DNA of 64,000 bases, from contig JAUIER010000001.1 of assembly GCA_030429765.1 (NCBI GenBank), positions 202,877-266,876 of the forward strand, given 5' to 3'. The stretch comes from a bacterium (GTDB lineage: Bacteria > Omnitrophota > Gorgyraeia > Zapsychrales > Zapsychraceae). A program made the position numbers and the translations under genes. Below the pieces are notes generated by a model, which was given only the letters and a program-made list of their open reading frames with translations, was not told the origin of the DNA and searched no databases. Below, piece by piece: positions 17,834 to 27,394 of the stretch (position 1 is the first letter of the stretch; every line of letters starts with the position of its first letter).

Positions 17834-18288
17834 TGAATCAATCCCCACATGACCAATTCATGCAAGCCGCGATTGAGGAGGCCCTCAAGGGTCGCGACAC
17901 TGCGGCGCCCAATCCCATTGTCGGTGCCGTGATCGTGGAAGACGGACAGATCGTCGCGAGGGGCTATCATGTCCGCCCGGGTGAGGCCCATGCCGAGGTC
18001 AATGCGCTCAAAGAACTGGATCGGGAGCCCAAGGCGGATGCGGTTTTATATGTTACACTTGAGCCATGCAGCACCTTAGGCCGCACGGGCAAATGCACAG
18101 CCGCGATCATTAAGGCGGGGATCCGTCACGTTTGTGTCGGGGCGATCGATCCCAATCCGGATCACAACGGCCGCGGGATCAAGGTGTTGACTGAGGCCGG
18201 TATCAAGGTTGAAACCGGAATTCTCGAACAGGAATGTGTTGCGCTAAACCCTGAGTTTAACGCGCGTATGCGGGATGAAGCTTCATGA
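17833..18288 (+). CDS. ribD: RibD-type pyrimidine deaminase domain protein (deaminase half only)
   Basis: 'HAEVNAL' ... 'YVTLEPCSTLGRTGKC' CDA-fold zinc motifs. 151 aa with no reductase domain. Confidence 0.65.
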   Translation: MNQSPHDQFMQAAIEEALKGRDTAAPNPIVGAVIVEDGQIVARGYHVRPGEAHAEVNALKELDREPKADAVLYVTLEPCSTLGRTGKCTAAIIKAGIRHVCVGAIDPNPDHNGRGIKVLTEAGIKVETGILEQECVALNPEFNARMRDEAS

Positions 18289-19277
18289 AAGATGCAGATA
18301 AATTTTCACTCAATCAACGGCCGCGCCGCAATCGTAAATCCGCGGGAGTCCGCGCCTTGGTTCGCGAGACGTGGCTGTCGCCGCAGTCGCTGGTCGCGCC
18401 CTTGTTTATTATGGACGGAGATAATCGGCAGGAATCCATTGCGTCCATGCCGGGCATTTCCCGACGGACGATTGATCTGACGGTTCGCGAGGTTCAGGAA
18501 TTAGCCGATCTGGGAATTGGCGCGGTGGCCTTGTTCCCCAAGATAGATGATGGCAAAAAAGATTCGACCGCATCGCTCAGTCGAGATCCGGACGATATTG
18601 TGCCGCGATGTGTTCAGGCCATTAAAAAAGCCGTTCCGCAGACTGTTGTCATCACGGACGTCGCGATGGATCCGTACTCCAGTGATGGACATGACGGGCT
18701 GGTGCGCGACGGGCAGATCATTAACGATGAGACCTTGCCGATTCTGGCCGACATGGCGCTCAATCAGGCCCGGGCCGGATCCGATATGGTGGCCCCGTCG
18801 GATATGATGGATGGACGGGTGGGGTACATTCGACAGGCGCTGGACCAGGCCGGATTTACCGACGTTGGTATCCTTTCATATGCCGCGAAATATTGCTCAT
18901 CGTTTTATGGTCCCTTTCGAGACGCGCTGGATTCTTCCCCCAAGGCCGGTGATAAAAAGACCTATCAAATGGATTATGCCAATCAGCAGGAGGCTTTACG
19001 GGAGGTTCAGCTGGACGTTGCGGAAGGCGCCGATATGGTCATGATCAAGCCGGCCTTAAGCTATCTGGATGTCATTCGGTCGGTCAAAGAGGCTGTCAGC
19101 ATTCCGGTGGCCGCCTATCACGTCAGTGGCGAATACGCGATGGTTAAGGCCGCGGCGGAACGAGGCTGGATTGACGAACAGCAGGCCGTGATTGAAATTC
19201 TTACCTCTATCAAACGGGCGGGAGCGGATGTGATCTTCACCTATTTCGCCCGTGACTATGCCTCATACAAAATTTGA
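18285..19277 (+). CDS. hemB: porphobilinogen synthase (delta-aminolevulinate dehydratase)
   Basis: 'RPRRNRKSAGVRALVRETWLSPQSLVAPLFIMDG', active-site Lys regions 'MVMIKPAL' and 'YHVSGEYAM'. Confidence 0.9.
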   Translation: MKDADKFSLNQRPRRNRKSAGVRALVRETWLSPQSLVAPLFIMDGDNRQESIASMPGISRRTIDLTVREVQELADLGIGAVALFPKIDDGKKDSTASLSRDPDDIVPRCVQAIKKAVPQTVVITDVAMDPYSSDGHDGLVRDGQIINDETLPILADMALNQARAGSDMVAPSDMMDGRVGYIRQALDQAGFTDVGILSYAAKYCSSFYGPFRDALDSSPKAGDKKTYQMDYANQQEALREVQLDVAEGADMVMIKPALSYLDVIRSVKEAVSIPVAAYHVSGEYAMVKAAAERGWIDEQQAVIEILTSIKRAGADVIFTYFARDYASYKI

Positions 19278-19381
19278 CAAATCATCAAATTGATGATAGT
19301 CTTGGCTTAATCAATCCCCCCGAAAGCTTCCAGCCATTCTTTCCCGTTTACCTTCAATAATCAAATAAGGAGGTGAATAGC

Positions 19382-19630
19382 ATGCAAAAGAGATTTTTCT
19401 GCAGCCTATTGAGTGTGATTGTGACATGTATGATGATGGCTCAAGTCGTTTGCGCGGAGGACGTGTATGTGACCAAATACGGCAAGAAGTATCACAAAAA
19501 AGACTCACGCTTTATCAAGGGCCGGGAAGTTGAGAAGCTGACCATCGAGGAAGCCCAGGCGCGGGGATATATCCCCAGCAGTGATTTTCTCGAGGACGAG
19601 AGCGAAAACGAAGATAAGCAGGAAAAATAG
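19382..19630 (+). CDS. small secreted protein with Cys-less 'YxxxxGKKYH' fold-like motif
   Basis: AGGAGG RBS. Signal peptide 'MQKRFFCSLLSVIVTCMMMAQVVCA'. 'YVTKYGKKYHKKDSRF...EEAQARGYIPSS' resembles a small Cys-rich Gram-positive domain family, but with the cysteines substituted. Confidence 0.4.
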   Translation: MQKRFFCSLLSVIVTCMMMAQVVCAEDVYVTKYGKKYHKKDSRFIKGREVEKLTIEEAQARGYIPSSDFLEDESENEDKQEK

Positions 19631-19652
19631 ATGCCGTTAAGGTGTCGAAAAT

Positions 19653-19677
19653 AAAGGGGGGCATTCAGCCCCCCTTT
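19653..19677 (+). terminator. hairpin terminator-like element
   Basis: 'AAGGGGGGC-attca-GCCCCCCTT' 9-bp stem followed by 'TAGTGT'. The U tract is weak. Confidence 0.4.
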
Positions 19678-19712
19678 AGTGTATAATGGAAGGCGTTAAT
19701 CAGGACCTATCC

Positions 19713-20999
19713 ATGAAAAATTTTTTAAAATCAGCCTTCAGTCTGACAATCATATGCTGTGTGATGTCCATCCCCTTGGCACACGCGCAGTTTGATTCCT
19801 CAACACACTACGAGGATGCCGTGCCGGCCATTCTGGATGAGCTGACCACATCTGTTGAGAATGTCAGTAATTTGAATGATATCGGGGCCTGGGCAGAACA
19901 AACCCAGACGCGTTTGCCGGAGTTGCTGGATGAACTCATCGCGGCCATCACGCAGTATTCGAATCAACCGCTGGATGATAACTCACTGACACAATTAACG
20001 ATACTTTCCGAAAAGTGGAACACCGTTGTCGCGGAGTATCCGGATCTGGCGGGAGTGGCTGTCCTGGTTGAGCCGATTTTGGATCAGGCACTGGCCGGGC
20101 TGCCGGCCGTACGCGGACACCGAGCAGGGGATACGCCGTTTCAGAGTTTCTTTGAGTTTTATCGGGCGATGGAGATCCGTAATCCCTGGGGCGTCAGCGC
20201 GTTTTTTCAGTTGGAGCCGCTTCCCAATATCACCCGTTTGTTGACCCTGGTTGAAAGTGCCCGCACGCAAACCTTTAAAGGCGTGGAGGAGACCTTTGTC
20301 TATAGCAGCGAAACCACGGTTACCGTCAACAATGAAGTTGTATTTCATCAGCTGATTATTGACAACGAGGTGGTGAAATTATTTCAGAAAACGGTCGATG
20401 TCACATTGGTGCATGAAATCCTGCGTCAAATCCAGCAGGATGGTCTGGATCCGTCGTTAGTGGCGGCGATCCAGTCATTGGTCGATCTGATCGATTTTCA
20501 CTTGATGGAGGCCCAGAACAATGGCCTGGTCATCGCCAGCGCGGCCGTGCCAGCTCCCGCGCCGGCTAATGCGGCGGTCAATGTTCCGCAGCCCGCAGTC
20601 ACTCAATTTTTAGAGGATTTATTTTCATCCGCGCATTTTGCACACTTATCTGAATTGATGCATCCGTTCATCGAATCGGTTCCGGCCGAGACGCATGGAG
20701 TTCCTACCGAGGCGCAGGCCAAGCGGGCATATAGGGAAACCGTCCAGGTGGTCCCGGTGGAGTCGCTCAAACACAAGGCCGAGCAGCCAGCTAAGCCCGA
20801 ACCAGTTGTCAAGACGAAAACCGTTGAGACATCGGCACTTTTGGACGACTATAACAAGTCCAGTGATCGTATCGGCAGTCTATGGCTATCCATCATTTTC
20901 TTTCCCCTCTTTATAGGAATATTAATACAATTTATAAAGATGGCCCTATCCCCGACGGTGTCGCTCCTCAAGCGACGTCCGGATGTCTATATCCGCTAA
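19713..20999 (+). CDS. hypothetical secreted protein with C-terminal membrane anchor
   Basis: Signal peptide 'MKNFLKSAFSLTIICCVMSIPLAHA'. Pro/Ala linker 'AAVPAPAPANAAVNVPQPAV'. C-terminal TM 'LWLSIIFFPLFIGILIQFI'. Start taken at the second Met. Confidence 0.4.
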   Translation: MKNFLKSAFSLTIICCVMSIPLAHAQFDSSTHYEDAVPAILDELTTSVENVSNLNDIGAWAEQTQTRLPELLDELIAAITQYSNQPLDDNSLTQLTILSEKWNTVVAEYPDLAGVAVLVEPILDQALAGLPAVRGHRAGDTPFQSFFEFYRAMEIRNPWGVSAFFQLEPLPNITRLLTLVESARTQTFKGVEETFVYSSETTVTVNNEVVFHQLIIDNEVVKLFQKTVDVTLVHEILRQIQQDGLDPSLVAAIQSLVDLIDFHLMEAQNNGLVIASAAVPAPAPANAAVNVPQPAVTQFLEDLFSSAHFAHLSELMHPFIESVPAETHGVPTEAQAKRAYRETVQVVPVESLKHKAEQPAKPEPVVKTKTVETSALLDDYNKSSDRIGSLWLSIIFFPLFIGILIQFIKMALSPTVSLLKRRPDVYIR

Positions 21000-21027
21000 G
21001 AAAATCTCCGATTTTTTGTCTAAAATT

Positions 21028-21056
21028 TTGCATTGCTCAAAAAAATAGTCTATACT
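21028..21056 (+). promoter_or_regulatory. sigma70-like promoter TTGCAT-17-TATACT
   Basis: Sits ahead of the structured leader. Confidence 0.45.
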
Positions 21057-21087
21057 TCAACTAGACAATTTGGATTTTATCGTTTGA

Positions 21088-21175
21088 CCGATAAAGGCAA
21101 ACCCGGGGTAACCCGGCGACGCAAAACTACAGGGTCCTAAAACTAGGATAGCCAGGTGCCGAAACAGAATGATCA
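21088..21175 (+). promoter_or_regulatory. candidate c-di-GMP-I (GEMM-like) riboswitch aptamer
   Basis: 'GGCAAACC' (21096-21103), GNRA hairpin 'CCGGG-GUAA-CCCGG', 'GACGCAAAA', then 'GGGUCCUAAAAC'. Order and spacing match the Vc2-type aptamer as I recall it. Confidence 0.55.
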
Positions 21176-21201
21176 GTTTTCATTACTCGAAAACGGCATG
21201 G

Positions 21202-21232
21202 CCTATTCCTATCTACGGAATAGGCTTTTTTT
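21202..21232 (+). terminator. intrinsic terminator / expression platform
   Basis: 'CCTATTCC-tatctac-GGAATAGG' followed by CTTTTTTT, 39 nt before the NHL gene start codon. Confidence 0.65.
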
Positions 21233-21270
21233 ATGAACGAAACGTTTCAGTGCAAACGAAGGAGTAAACA

Positions 21271-23577
21271 ATGAAAGCGAAAACATTGGCGATAAAACAA
21301 GATTTGTTCCGGAATGTCATTTTTCCAGCCCTGCTGGTACTGACACTGATTTTGTGCGGAACAACCGCTGTCGAATCTAAGGAGAGCATCAGCTTTCAGC
21401 ATGAGCTTTATGGTGAGATGAAAATGCCGATTGATGTGGCGGTCTCGCAGCTAGGCGAGGTATTTGTCCTGGATCAGAAGCAAAGCCAGGTGCATGTCTT
21501 TTCTGAGGGAGGCGAGTGGATGTACAGCTTTGCCGACTACGGCTCAGGGCCGGGTAAGTTGATGAATCCGGAATCGATAGCGTTGAACCTGAATGATGAG
21601 GTTATCATTGCCGACACAGGCAACAAGCGGGTTCAGGTATTCAGCAAAGAGGGGCGATTCATTTATGAACTGGGAAGTTCAGGTGAAAAACCCGGTCAAT
21701 TCAACAAACCCACGAATGTGGCTGTCGATCAATATGGCTACATTTTTGTGATGGACGTGGGTAATCAAAACATTTCGAAATTTTCTCCCAAAGGTGTCTA
21801 CTATCAAAGCCTGCCGCTCAACGGTGAGCCGCAAGACATGGTGTTTGACGTGCAGCAGAACCTCTATATTCTGCATGCGACGGATGGACATATCGTCAAG
21901 TGGATGCTGGACACCGGCAGCAGTGAAATCATTGAGTACAATTGGGAAGGTCGAGAATTTATGAGCGAGGCCGCCGGTATGACCGTGGATATGCGCGGTG
22001 ATATCTACCTGGTTGATCATGAAACCAGCCGGGTGGTCAAAATCGATCAGGAGCAGAACCTGCTGTTGTCATTCGGTTCCAAAGGGGACGGTAAAGGTCA
22101 GTTTTTGAAACCGGCCGGGATCACGGCGGATCAGCATGGCAAGGTTTACATTGCCGACTCACGCAACAAACGGGTTCAGGTGATCGACGTGAAGGGCAGC
22201 TACAAACCCACACTGGCCTCATGGGCCGGACAGCCGCCGGTTGTTGATTATTTAGAGTCCATTCCCGTCGAGGAATCGATTGTCGATCTCAAGTATAAAC
22301 CCAACTACGGACTGTTCGCCTTGTCAGAGGAGTCTGGTCACATTACTCATAAACGAATGGATGAAAAATATCAGTACGGTGAATTTGAGGATCGAGCCTT
22401 GTCATTTGCCCGTCCTCAGGCCATGGACATCCTGATGGATGGACGTATGCTTGTGGCCGACACCGGCAATCACCGGTTGCAATTCATCAATCCCGACGGA
22501 AGTCATAACTACTTGTTTGGTACCCGCGGTTCAGACGACGGACAGTTTGATTCACTTCAGGGTGTCGCTGTCCGTGATGACGGTTTTATCTTCATCGCCG
22601 ATACCAAGAACAACCGGATTCAAGTGTTCAACAGCGACGGGATCTATATGGAATCATTCGGGGTCAAAGGCGAAGCCGATAAAGAAGGTATCGCTGAGCT
22701 AGGCTGGTTCCATCATCCCAAATCATTGGAGTTTGATTCCACCGGGATGCTGTACGTGCTGGATTCTCGGAACAAACGGATTCAGGTGTTTGACCGTGAC
22801 GGTCAGCCGGTGAAGGAGATCAGTGAAATTGCATCGGGTATCGAGATGGAAAATCCGGTTGATATCGCGATCGACGAGAAGGACTACTTGTACATCGCGG
22901 ACCGTGGGACGCATACCATCAAGGTATTGAATCCATTTGGTGATTTTGTTACGGAATTCGGATCTGCAGGAAAAGGACGGAGCTATTTTCCAAAGCTGTC
23001 ATCGGTCAGCGCCGCTGAAGGCAAGATTTATGTAGCGGACTACAATCTCGATGAGATCAAGGTGTTCGACATTTATCCGGACGCGTCAAATTATGCCGGA
23101 AATGTCCCGTCGTTACCGGTTGAAACACCGGCTGTCGAAATGGCGATGGCTGAAGAACCCATGACTGAAGAGGCAACGGCCAAGAAGTCTTGGATCTCAA
23201 TCGGGGCCAATAGTGCTGAGGCCATGCCGGAGCTTCCGGTCCAACCGGTAGAGTCGGAACAGATGGCTTCGACGCCGGAGCAGCCAATACCGGAAGAAGC
23301 GCCAGCCGACATGGCCGCTCAGGAACCGGTTCAGGATCCGCAGCGACTTTACTTTACGCAAGTGTCATATCCCATCAAGACAGACAATATGGATATTGAA
23401 GTCAAAAAGGAAATGACACGTAAGATGACATTGCAGTTAGTGATTTCGAACGTCGCCGAGAAATACGGCATGTCAATGAAAGACGTCGAAAAGCTCATTC
23501 AAATTGAAAAAGAAGACCTTCTGGAAGACGGGCGGATGAAGATTACAGTCAGTGTTCCGAAGGAGATGAATATTTAA
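21271..23577 (+). CDS. secreted NHL-repeat (six-bladed beta-propeller) protein with acidic/Pro-rich linker and C-terminal domain
   Basis: Signal/TM 'FPALLVLTLILCG'. Repeated 'ADTGNKRVQVFSKEGRF' / 'ADSRNKRVQVIDVKGSY' / 'ADTKNNRIQVFNSDG' NHL units (at least 8). Confidence 0.75.
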   Translation: MKAKTLAIKQDLFRNVIFPALLVLTLILCGTTAVESKESISFQHELYGEMKMPIDVAVSQLGEVFVLDQKQSQVHVFSEGGEWMYSFADYGSGPGKLMNPESIALNLNDEVIIADTGNKRVQVFSKEGRFIYELGSSGEKPGQFNKPTNVAVDQYGYIFVMDVGNQNISKFSPKGVYYQSLPLNGEPQDMVFDVQQNLYILHATDGHIVKWMLDTGSSEIIEYNWEGREFMSEAAGMTVDMRGDIYLVDHETSRVVKIDQEQNLLLSFGSKGDGKGQFLKPAGITADQHGKVYIADSRNKRVQVIDVKGSYKPTLASWAGQPPVVDYLESIPVEESIVDLKYKPNYGLFALSEESGHITHKRMDEKYQYGEFEDRALSFARPQAMDILMDGRMLVADTGNHRLQFINPDGSHNYLFGTRGSDDGQFDSLQGVAVRDDGFIFIADTKNNRIQVFNSDGIYMESFGVKGEADKEGIAELGWFHHPKSLEFDSTGMLYVLDSRNKRIQVFDRDGQPVKEISEIASGIEMENPVDIAIDEKDYLYIADRGTHTIKVLNPFGDFVTEFGSAGKGRSYFPKLSSVSAAEGKIYVADYNLDEIKVFDIYPDASNYAGNVPSLPVETPAVEMAMAEEPMTEEATAKKSWISIGANSAEAMPELPVQPVESEQMASTPEQPIPEEAPADMAAQEPVQDPQRLYFTQVSYPIKTDNMDIEVKKEMTRKMTLQLVISNVAEKYGMSMKDVEKLIQIEKEDLLEDGRMKITVSVPKEMNI

Positions 23578-23684
23578 GAGCTGACGACCGTCTCTCAACA
23601 CCTGAGTTGAGAATGCGTCGGCTCCAGCGACAAATTCCCCCCGGTTTGCTTACCAGCGAACCAGTTTTTCCTCCAGGAAAAGAC

Positions 23685-23717
23685 GGCAACCCTCGAAAGG
23701 GGGTTGCCTTCTTTTTT
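23685..23717 (+). terminator. rho-independent terminator
   Basis: 'GGCAACCCTC-GAAA-GGGGGTTGCC' followed by TTCTTTTTT. Confidence 0.75.
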
Positions 23718-23778
23718 GGGGTGTCTGGTGTAAATTGTTGGCGGGAAGGCGTTTGTAAGAGTATGTAATAACAAATTT

Positions 23779-23807
23779 TTGACAAGGACAAATTAATCAT
23801 GCATACT
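23779..23807 (+). promoter_or_regulatory. sigma70-like promoter TTGACA-17-CATACT upstream of the secretion operon
   Basis: TTGACA at 23779-23784. Confidence 0.4.
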
Positions 23808-23865
23808 CTTTCTACATTATTGAATATTAATAAGGAAAGACTTATTGATATATAGTTGGTAAATC

Positions 23866-25521
23866 ATGGAATACAATGCAGCAAAACTTGGTCAAATCCT
23901 GTGCGAGAAGGGATTGATCGCCGATGAGCAGCTTCAAGAAATTCTGGAATCCCAGAAGACCGACAACCGACGATTAGGCGAGATTTTACTCGATAGAGGG
24001 CTGATAGATGAGAATGTGCTGGCGGAAACGCTGGCCCAGGTCTTTCAGATTCCGTATGTCGACCTGTCGGCGACGGTGCTTGATCCCGAGGTTGTTGCCA
24101 AGATCCCACACGATTTACTTCAAGAATATAATGTGATCCCGATTTCAGCCACGGAACTGCGTATCACGGTGGCCACAAACAATCCGCTGGATGTGAACGC
24201 TTTGCAGGATATCCAGGTCAAGAGCGGTTTGATGGTGACGCCGGTTATGGCCAGTCGGCGGGATATTGAACAGGCGATTCAGGAATATGTCGATGGCGTC
24301 CATGGCGGGCAGGCCCGGTCATCCGGATCGGGACCGGCGCAGAAAAAGAATTTAAGTGATCAGACCGTCATCGAGATGGTTGACGCGATTATCCGCCGGG
24401 CCATCAAGGAAAAAGCCTCAGATATCCATTTTGAGCCGCTGAAATCCAAGATGCGTGTGCGTTTCCGTATTAACGGCGTCTTGTACGAACGGGATTCGAT
24501 CAATCAGGATTTACAGCGAAACTGTATTTCGCGGATCAAGATTATATCCGGGCTGGATGTGGCGGAAAGCCGGCGCCCTCAGGATGGTCGGGCAAATTTT
24601 AGCGTCAGCGGTCAGCAATTTGATTTGCGGATTTCGACCCTGCCGAACTTAAACGGCGAAAACCTGGTTATGCGACTGCTTAATAAGTCATTCATGGGGC
24701 AGTCATTTGACAAACTGGGCATGGATGCGCAGCAAACCGAATTGATCAATGGATTTGTCAGCAAGCCGTACGGGCTGATGCTCGTTACCGGTCCGACCGG
24801 GGCCGGTAAGACGACGACGCTCTACAGCATGATGAATCAGCTCAATAATTCAGAAAAGAGCATAGTAACGGTTGAGGATCCGGTTGAATATGAATTGGCC
24901 GGGATCAATCAAACCTCAACGAATAAACATATTGGATACACATTTGCCAACGCGATCCGGCACATCCTCCGGCACGACCCCGACATCATTATGATCGGTG
25001 AGATCCGGGATCAGGAAACCGCTGAAATCGCGATTCGCGCGGCATTAACTGGCCATTTGGTTTTATCGACAATGCACACCAACACGGCGGCCGGCGCGAT
25101 CACCCGGATGATGGAGATGGACATCGAGCCGTTCTTGATCAGCAGCGCGTTGAACGGCATCATCGCTCAACGATTGGTCCGTCGCCTGTGTGATAAGTGT
25201 AAAAAGGAACATACCGCGGATATCGAGACAGAAAAGAAGATTAATCAGTACATTCCATTTGACGAGAGTTCGATGCTGGCCCATCCCGTGGGATGTCCGG
25301 CCTGCGCGAATACCGGTTATGAAGGCCGGGTCGGGCTGTATGAGGTCCTCAAGGTCGACGAGGAAGTCCGGCGGATGATCGTCAAAGGAGCCGATGAGCG
25401 TGACATTGTTAAGTATTGCGTCAGCCAAGGGATGAAACAGCTGCAGATGTCCGGTATTCAGAAAGTGGTTAACAAGGAAACCGAGTTCAATGAAACCATT
25501 CACAGTGTGTTCATTGATTAG
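23866..25521 (+). CDS. GspE/PilB-family secretion ATPase
   Basis: N-terminal T2SSE_N domain. Walker A 'GPTGAGKTT'. Tetracysteine 'CDKC...CPAC'. 551 aa. Confidence 0.85.
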   Translation: MEYNAAKLGQILCEKGLIADEQLQEILESQKTDNRRLGEILLDRGLIDENVLAETLAQVFQIPYVDLSATVLDPEVVAKIPHDLLQEYNVIPISATELRITVATNNPLDVNALQDIQVKSGLMVTPVMASRRDIEQAIQEYVDGVHGGQARSSGSGPAQKKNLSDQTVIEMVDAIIRRAIKEKASDIHFEPLKSKMRVRFRINGVLYERDSINQDLQRNCISRIKIISGLDVAESRRPQDGRANFSVSGQQFDLRISTLPNLNGENLVMRLLNKSFMGQSFDKLGMDAQQTELINGFVSKPYGLMLVTGPTGAGKTTTLYSMMNQLNNSEKSIVTVEDPVEYELAGINQTSTNKHIGYTFANAIRHILRHDPDIIMIGEIRDQETAEIAIRAALTGHLVLSTMHTNTAAGAITRMMEMDIEPFLISSALNGIIAQRLVRRLCDKCKKEHTADIETEKKINQYIPFDESSMLAHPVGCPACANTGYEGRVGLYEVLKVDEEVRRMIVKGADERDIVKYCVSQGMKQLQMSGIQKVVNKETEFNETIHSVFID

Positions 25522-25544
25522 AAAATAAATTTAGAGAACAGGCC

Positions 25545-26750
25545 ATGCAGAATTTTGTTTATAAACTCAAAGATCAAACCGGAAAAACACTTCACGGTTT
25601 TTGTGACGCGCACGACAAGAAGGACTTAAAGCAGAAACTGCGTCAGTCCAACTACTATTTTGTTTCGGCCGAGCCGTTTAACAAAGAGCGGATTTTCAAT
25701 CAAAAAGCCGATCTGGAAACATTGCTGATTTTTACCCGGCGCTTGTCTTCATTAATCGATTCCGGGATTCCGATCCTGTCGGCGATGCATATCTTGTGGC
25801 GCCAGACTGAAGAGAAGAATATGCAGCTGGTGATCAGTCATATCCGTAACCGTCTGGAAGAGGGAAAGAATATTTCGATCGCTTTGGACGACTTTCCGTT
25901 GATCTTCCCCGTCATGTACCGGGCGATGATTGCCGTCGCGGAAAAGGCCGGCGGACTGGTCATGATCCTGCAACGGTTGACGACCTATTTGGAATACCAG
26001 AAGCTTTTTATCACCCGGACCAAAAAAGCCACGCTGTATCCGATGATCGTGACGATATTCGCGTTCCTGGTGGTTATCTGCATGTTCGCGTTCGTAGTTC
26101 CGACGTTTTCCAAAGTGTTGGATCAGTTGAATATTGAACTGCCATGGCTGACACAGTTGGTGATCTCGATGTCCGCCTTGATCCGCTCGCCGATATTTAT
26201 CGGCCTGGTGATCGTGTTGGGTGTGGTCGGTACCTATATCTACAAGGCGCTCAAGAAGAATCCCAAATTCGCCTACAATGTGGACTACTACAAACTCAAG
26301 ATTCCCTATATCGGCAATATGCTGTACTCAATGGCCCTGGGGCGTTTTGTGCGGTCCTTGAGTATTCTGGTCAAATCCGGTCTGCCGATCGTTGACAGCT
26401 TTGATGTCGCCAAGACCACGGCCACCAATCAATATGTGGCTGAAGGGATCAACGAGGCCCAGCAAAAGATCCAGCGGGGGGTTTCGTTATATGACGCCTT
26501 CAACGAAAGCCGGATGTTCCCGGTCATGCTCGTGGAGATGGTGGGGGTCGGTGAGTCCAGCGGGACCATTGCCCAGTCGCTCGATACGTTGGCGGACCAT
26601 TTTGACGAAGAGGTGGAATACAAGCAAAACAAACTATTTACACTTCTTGAACCATTTTTGATATTATTTGTCGGAGTTATCGTTATTGTGACATTATTAG
26701 CTATTTATATGCCGATTTTCTCACTTTGGAGCGGATTGCTCGATAAATGA
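25545..26750 (+). CDS. GspF/PilC-family inner-membrane platform protein
   Basis: 401 aa. Duplicated T2SSF domains. 3 TM helices. Confidence 0.8.
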   Translation: MQNFVYKLKDQTGKTLHGFCDAHDKKDLKQKLRQSNYYFVSAEPFNKERIFNQKADLETLLIFTRRLSSLIDSGIPILSAMHILWRQTEEKNMQLVISHIRNRLEEGKNISIALDDFPLIFPVMYRAMIAVAEKAGGLVMILQRLTTYLEYQKLFITRTKKATLYPMIVTIFAFLVVICMFAFVVPTFSKVLDQLNIELPWLTQLVISMSALIRSPIFIGLVIVLGVVGTYIYKALKKNPKFAYNVDYYKLKIPYIGNMLYSMALGRFVRSLSILVKSGLPIVDSFDVAKTTATNQYVAEGINEAQQKIQRGVSLYDAFNESRMFPVMLVEMVGVGESSGTIAQSLDTLADHFDEEVEYKQNKLFTLLEPFLILFVGVIVIVTLLAIYMPIFSLWSGLLDK

Positions 26751-26965
26751 TCCCGAAACCGCTTTACATTGTTCTTTTCCAGCCGTGAGATCCGCAAAAA
26801 ATTCCAAATTTCAGAAGTACGTGTGGTTACACCCAAAAAACATCAAAAATAACAGGAAAAATTTGGAAAAAATGCGGCCGGGAATGAGCATTTTTACGAA
26901 TAATAGGTTATACTTTAGCATTCTTTGCAGTACAAAATTTTTGAAAAATAAGGAAAAAGGGGTAG

Positions 26966-27349
26966 ATGACGATGAAAAAAATGAATAAAAAAGGTTTTAC
27001 ACTGACAGAAATCTTGATCGTATTGGTTGTGGCCGGTATCCTGCTGGCACTGATTTTGCCGAATGTCCTTCGGGCGATTGAGCGAGGAAACGTGACGGCT
27101 CACGAAAGCAACATCAACACCATCCAGGTGGGCGCATTTATGTGCTTTACGGAAAACCGAGTATGGGCACCATGTGACACATTGGCCGAACTTGTGGCTG
27201 GAAACTTTATTGATGCCATTCCAGCTCACCCATTTGGTGGAAACTATTCATTGCAAGCCGATCCGAACTCAAACGGATTCTTGGCCTGTAGTGCCGGTGA
27301 AGTTGGATTTCCAGCCGGGGAACAACCTGATAGTCCTGACTGTCCGTAA
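26966..27349 (+). CDS. major pseudopilin/pilin, GspG-like
   Basis: Prepilin signal 'KKG|FTLTEILIVLVVAGILLALILPN' with Glu at +5. GspG-like 'ILPNVLRAIERGNVTAHESNINTIQVGAFMCF'. Confidence 0.75.
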   Translation: MTMKKMNKKGFTLTEILIVLVVAGILLALILPNVLRAIERGNVTAHESNINTIQVGAFMCFTENRVWAPCDTLAELVAGNFIDAIPAHPFGGNYSLQADPNSNGFLACSAGEVGFPAGEQPDSPDCP

Positions 27350-27394
27350 TGTTGGGTATGTCAGTTAATTTGAGAACTGTGAAACACAATTATC

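Noticed and set aside
19278-19372. Palindrome ATCATCAA-ATT-TTGATGAT after hemB as terminator
   Set aside because: AT-rich 8-bp stem with no U tract and a weak predicted hairpin. It could be a protein-binding site, but the evidence is insufficient to call it.
26751-26965. Strong promoter upstream of the GspG-like pseudopilin gene
   Set aside because: A TATACT -10 is present, but no convincing -35 at 16-18 nt. The AT-rich region may use a different sigma factor (pilin genes are often sigma54-dependent) or an UP element. Not called.
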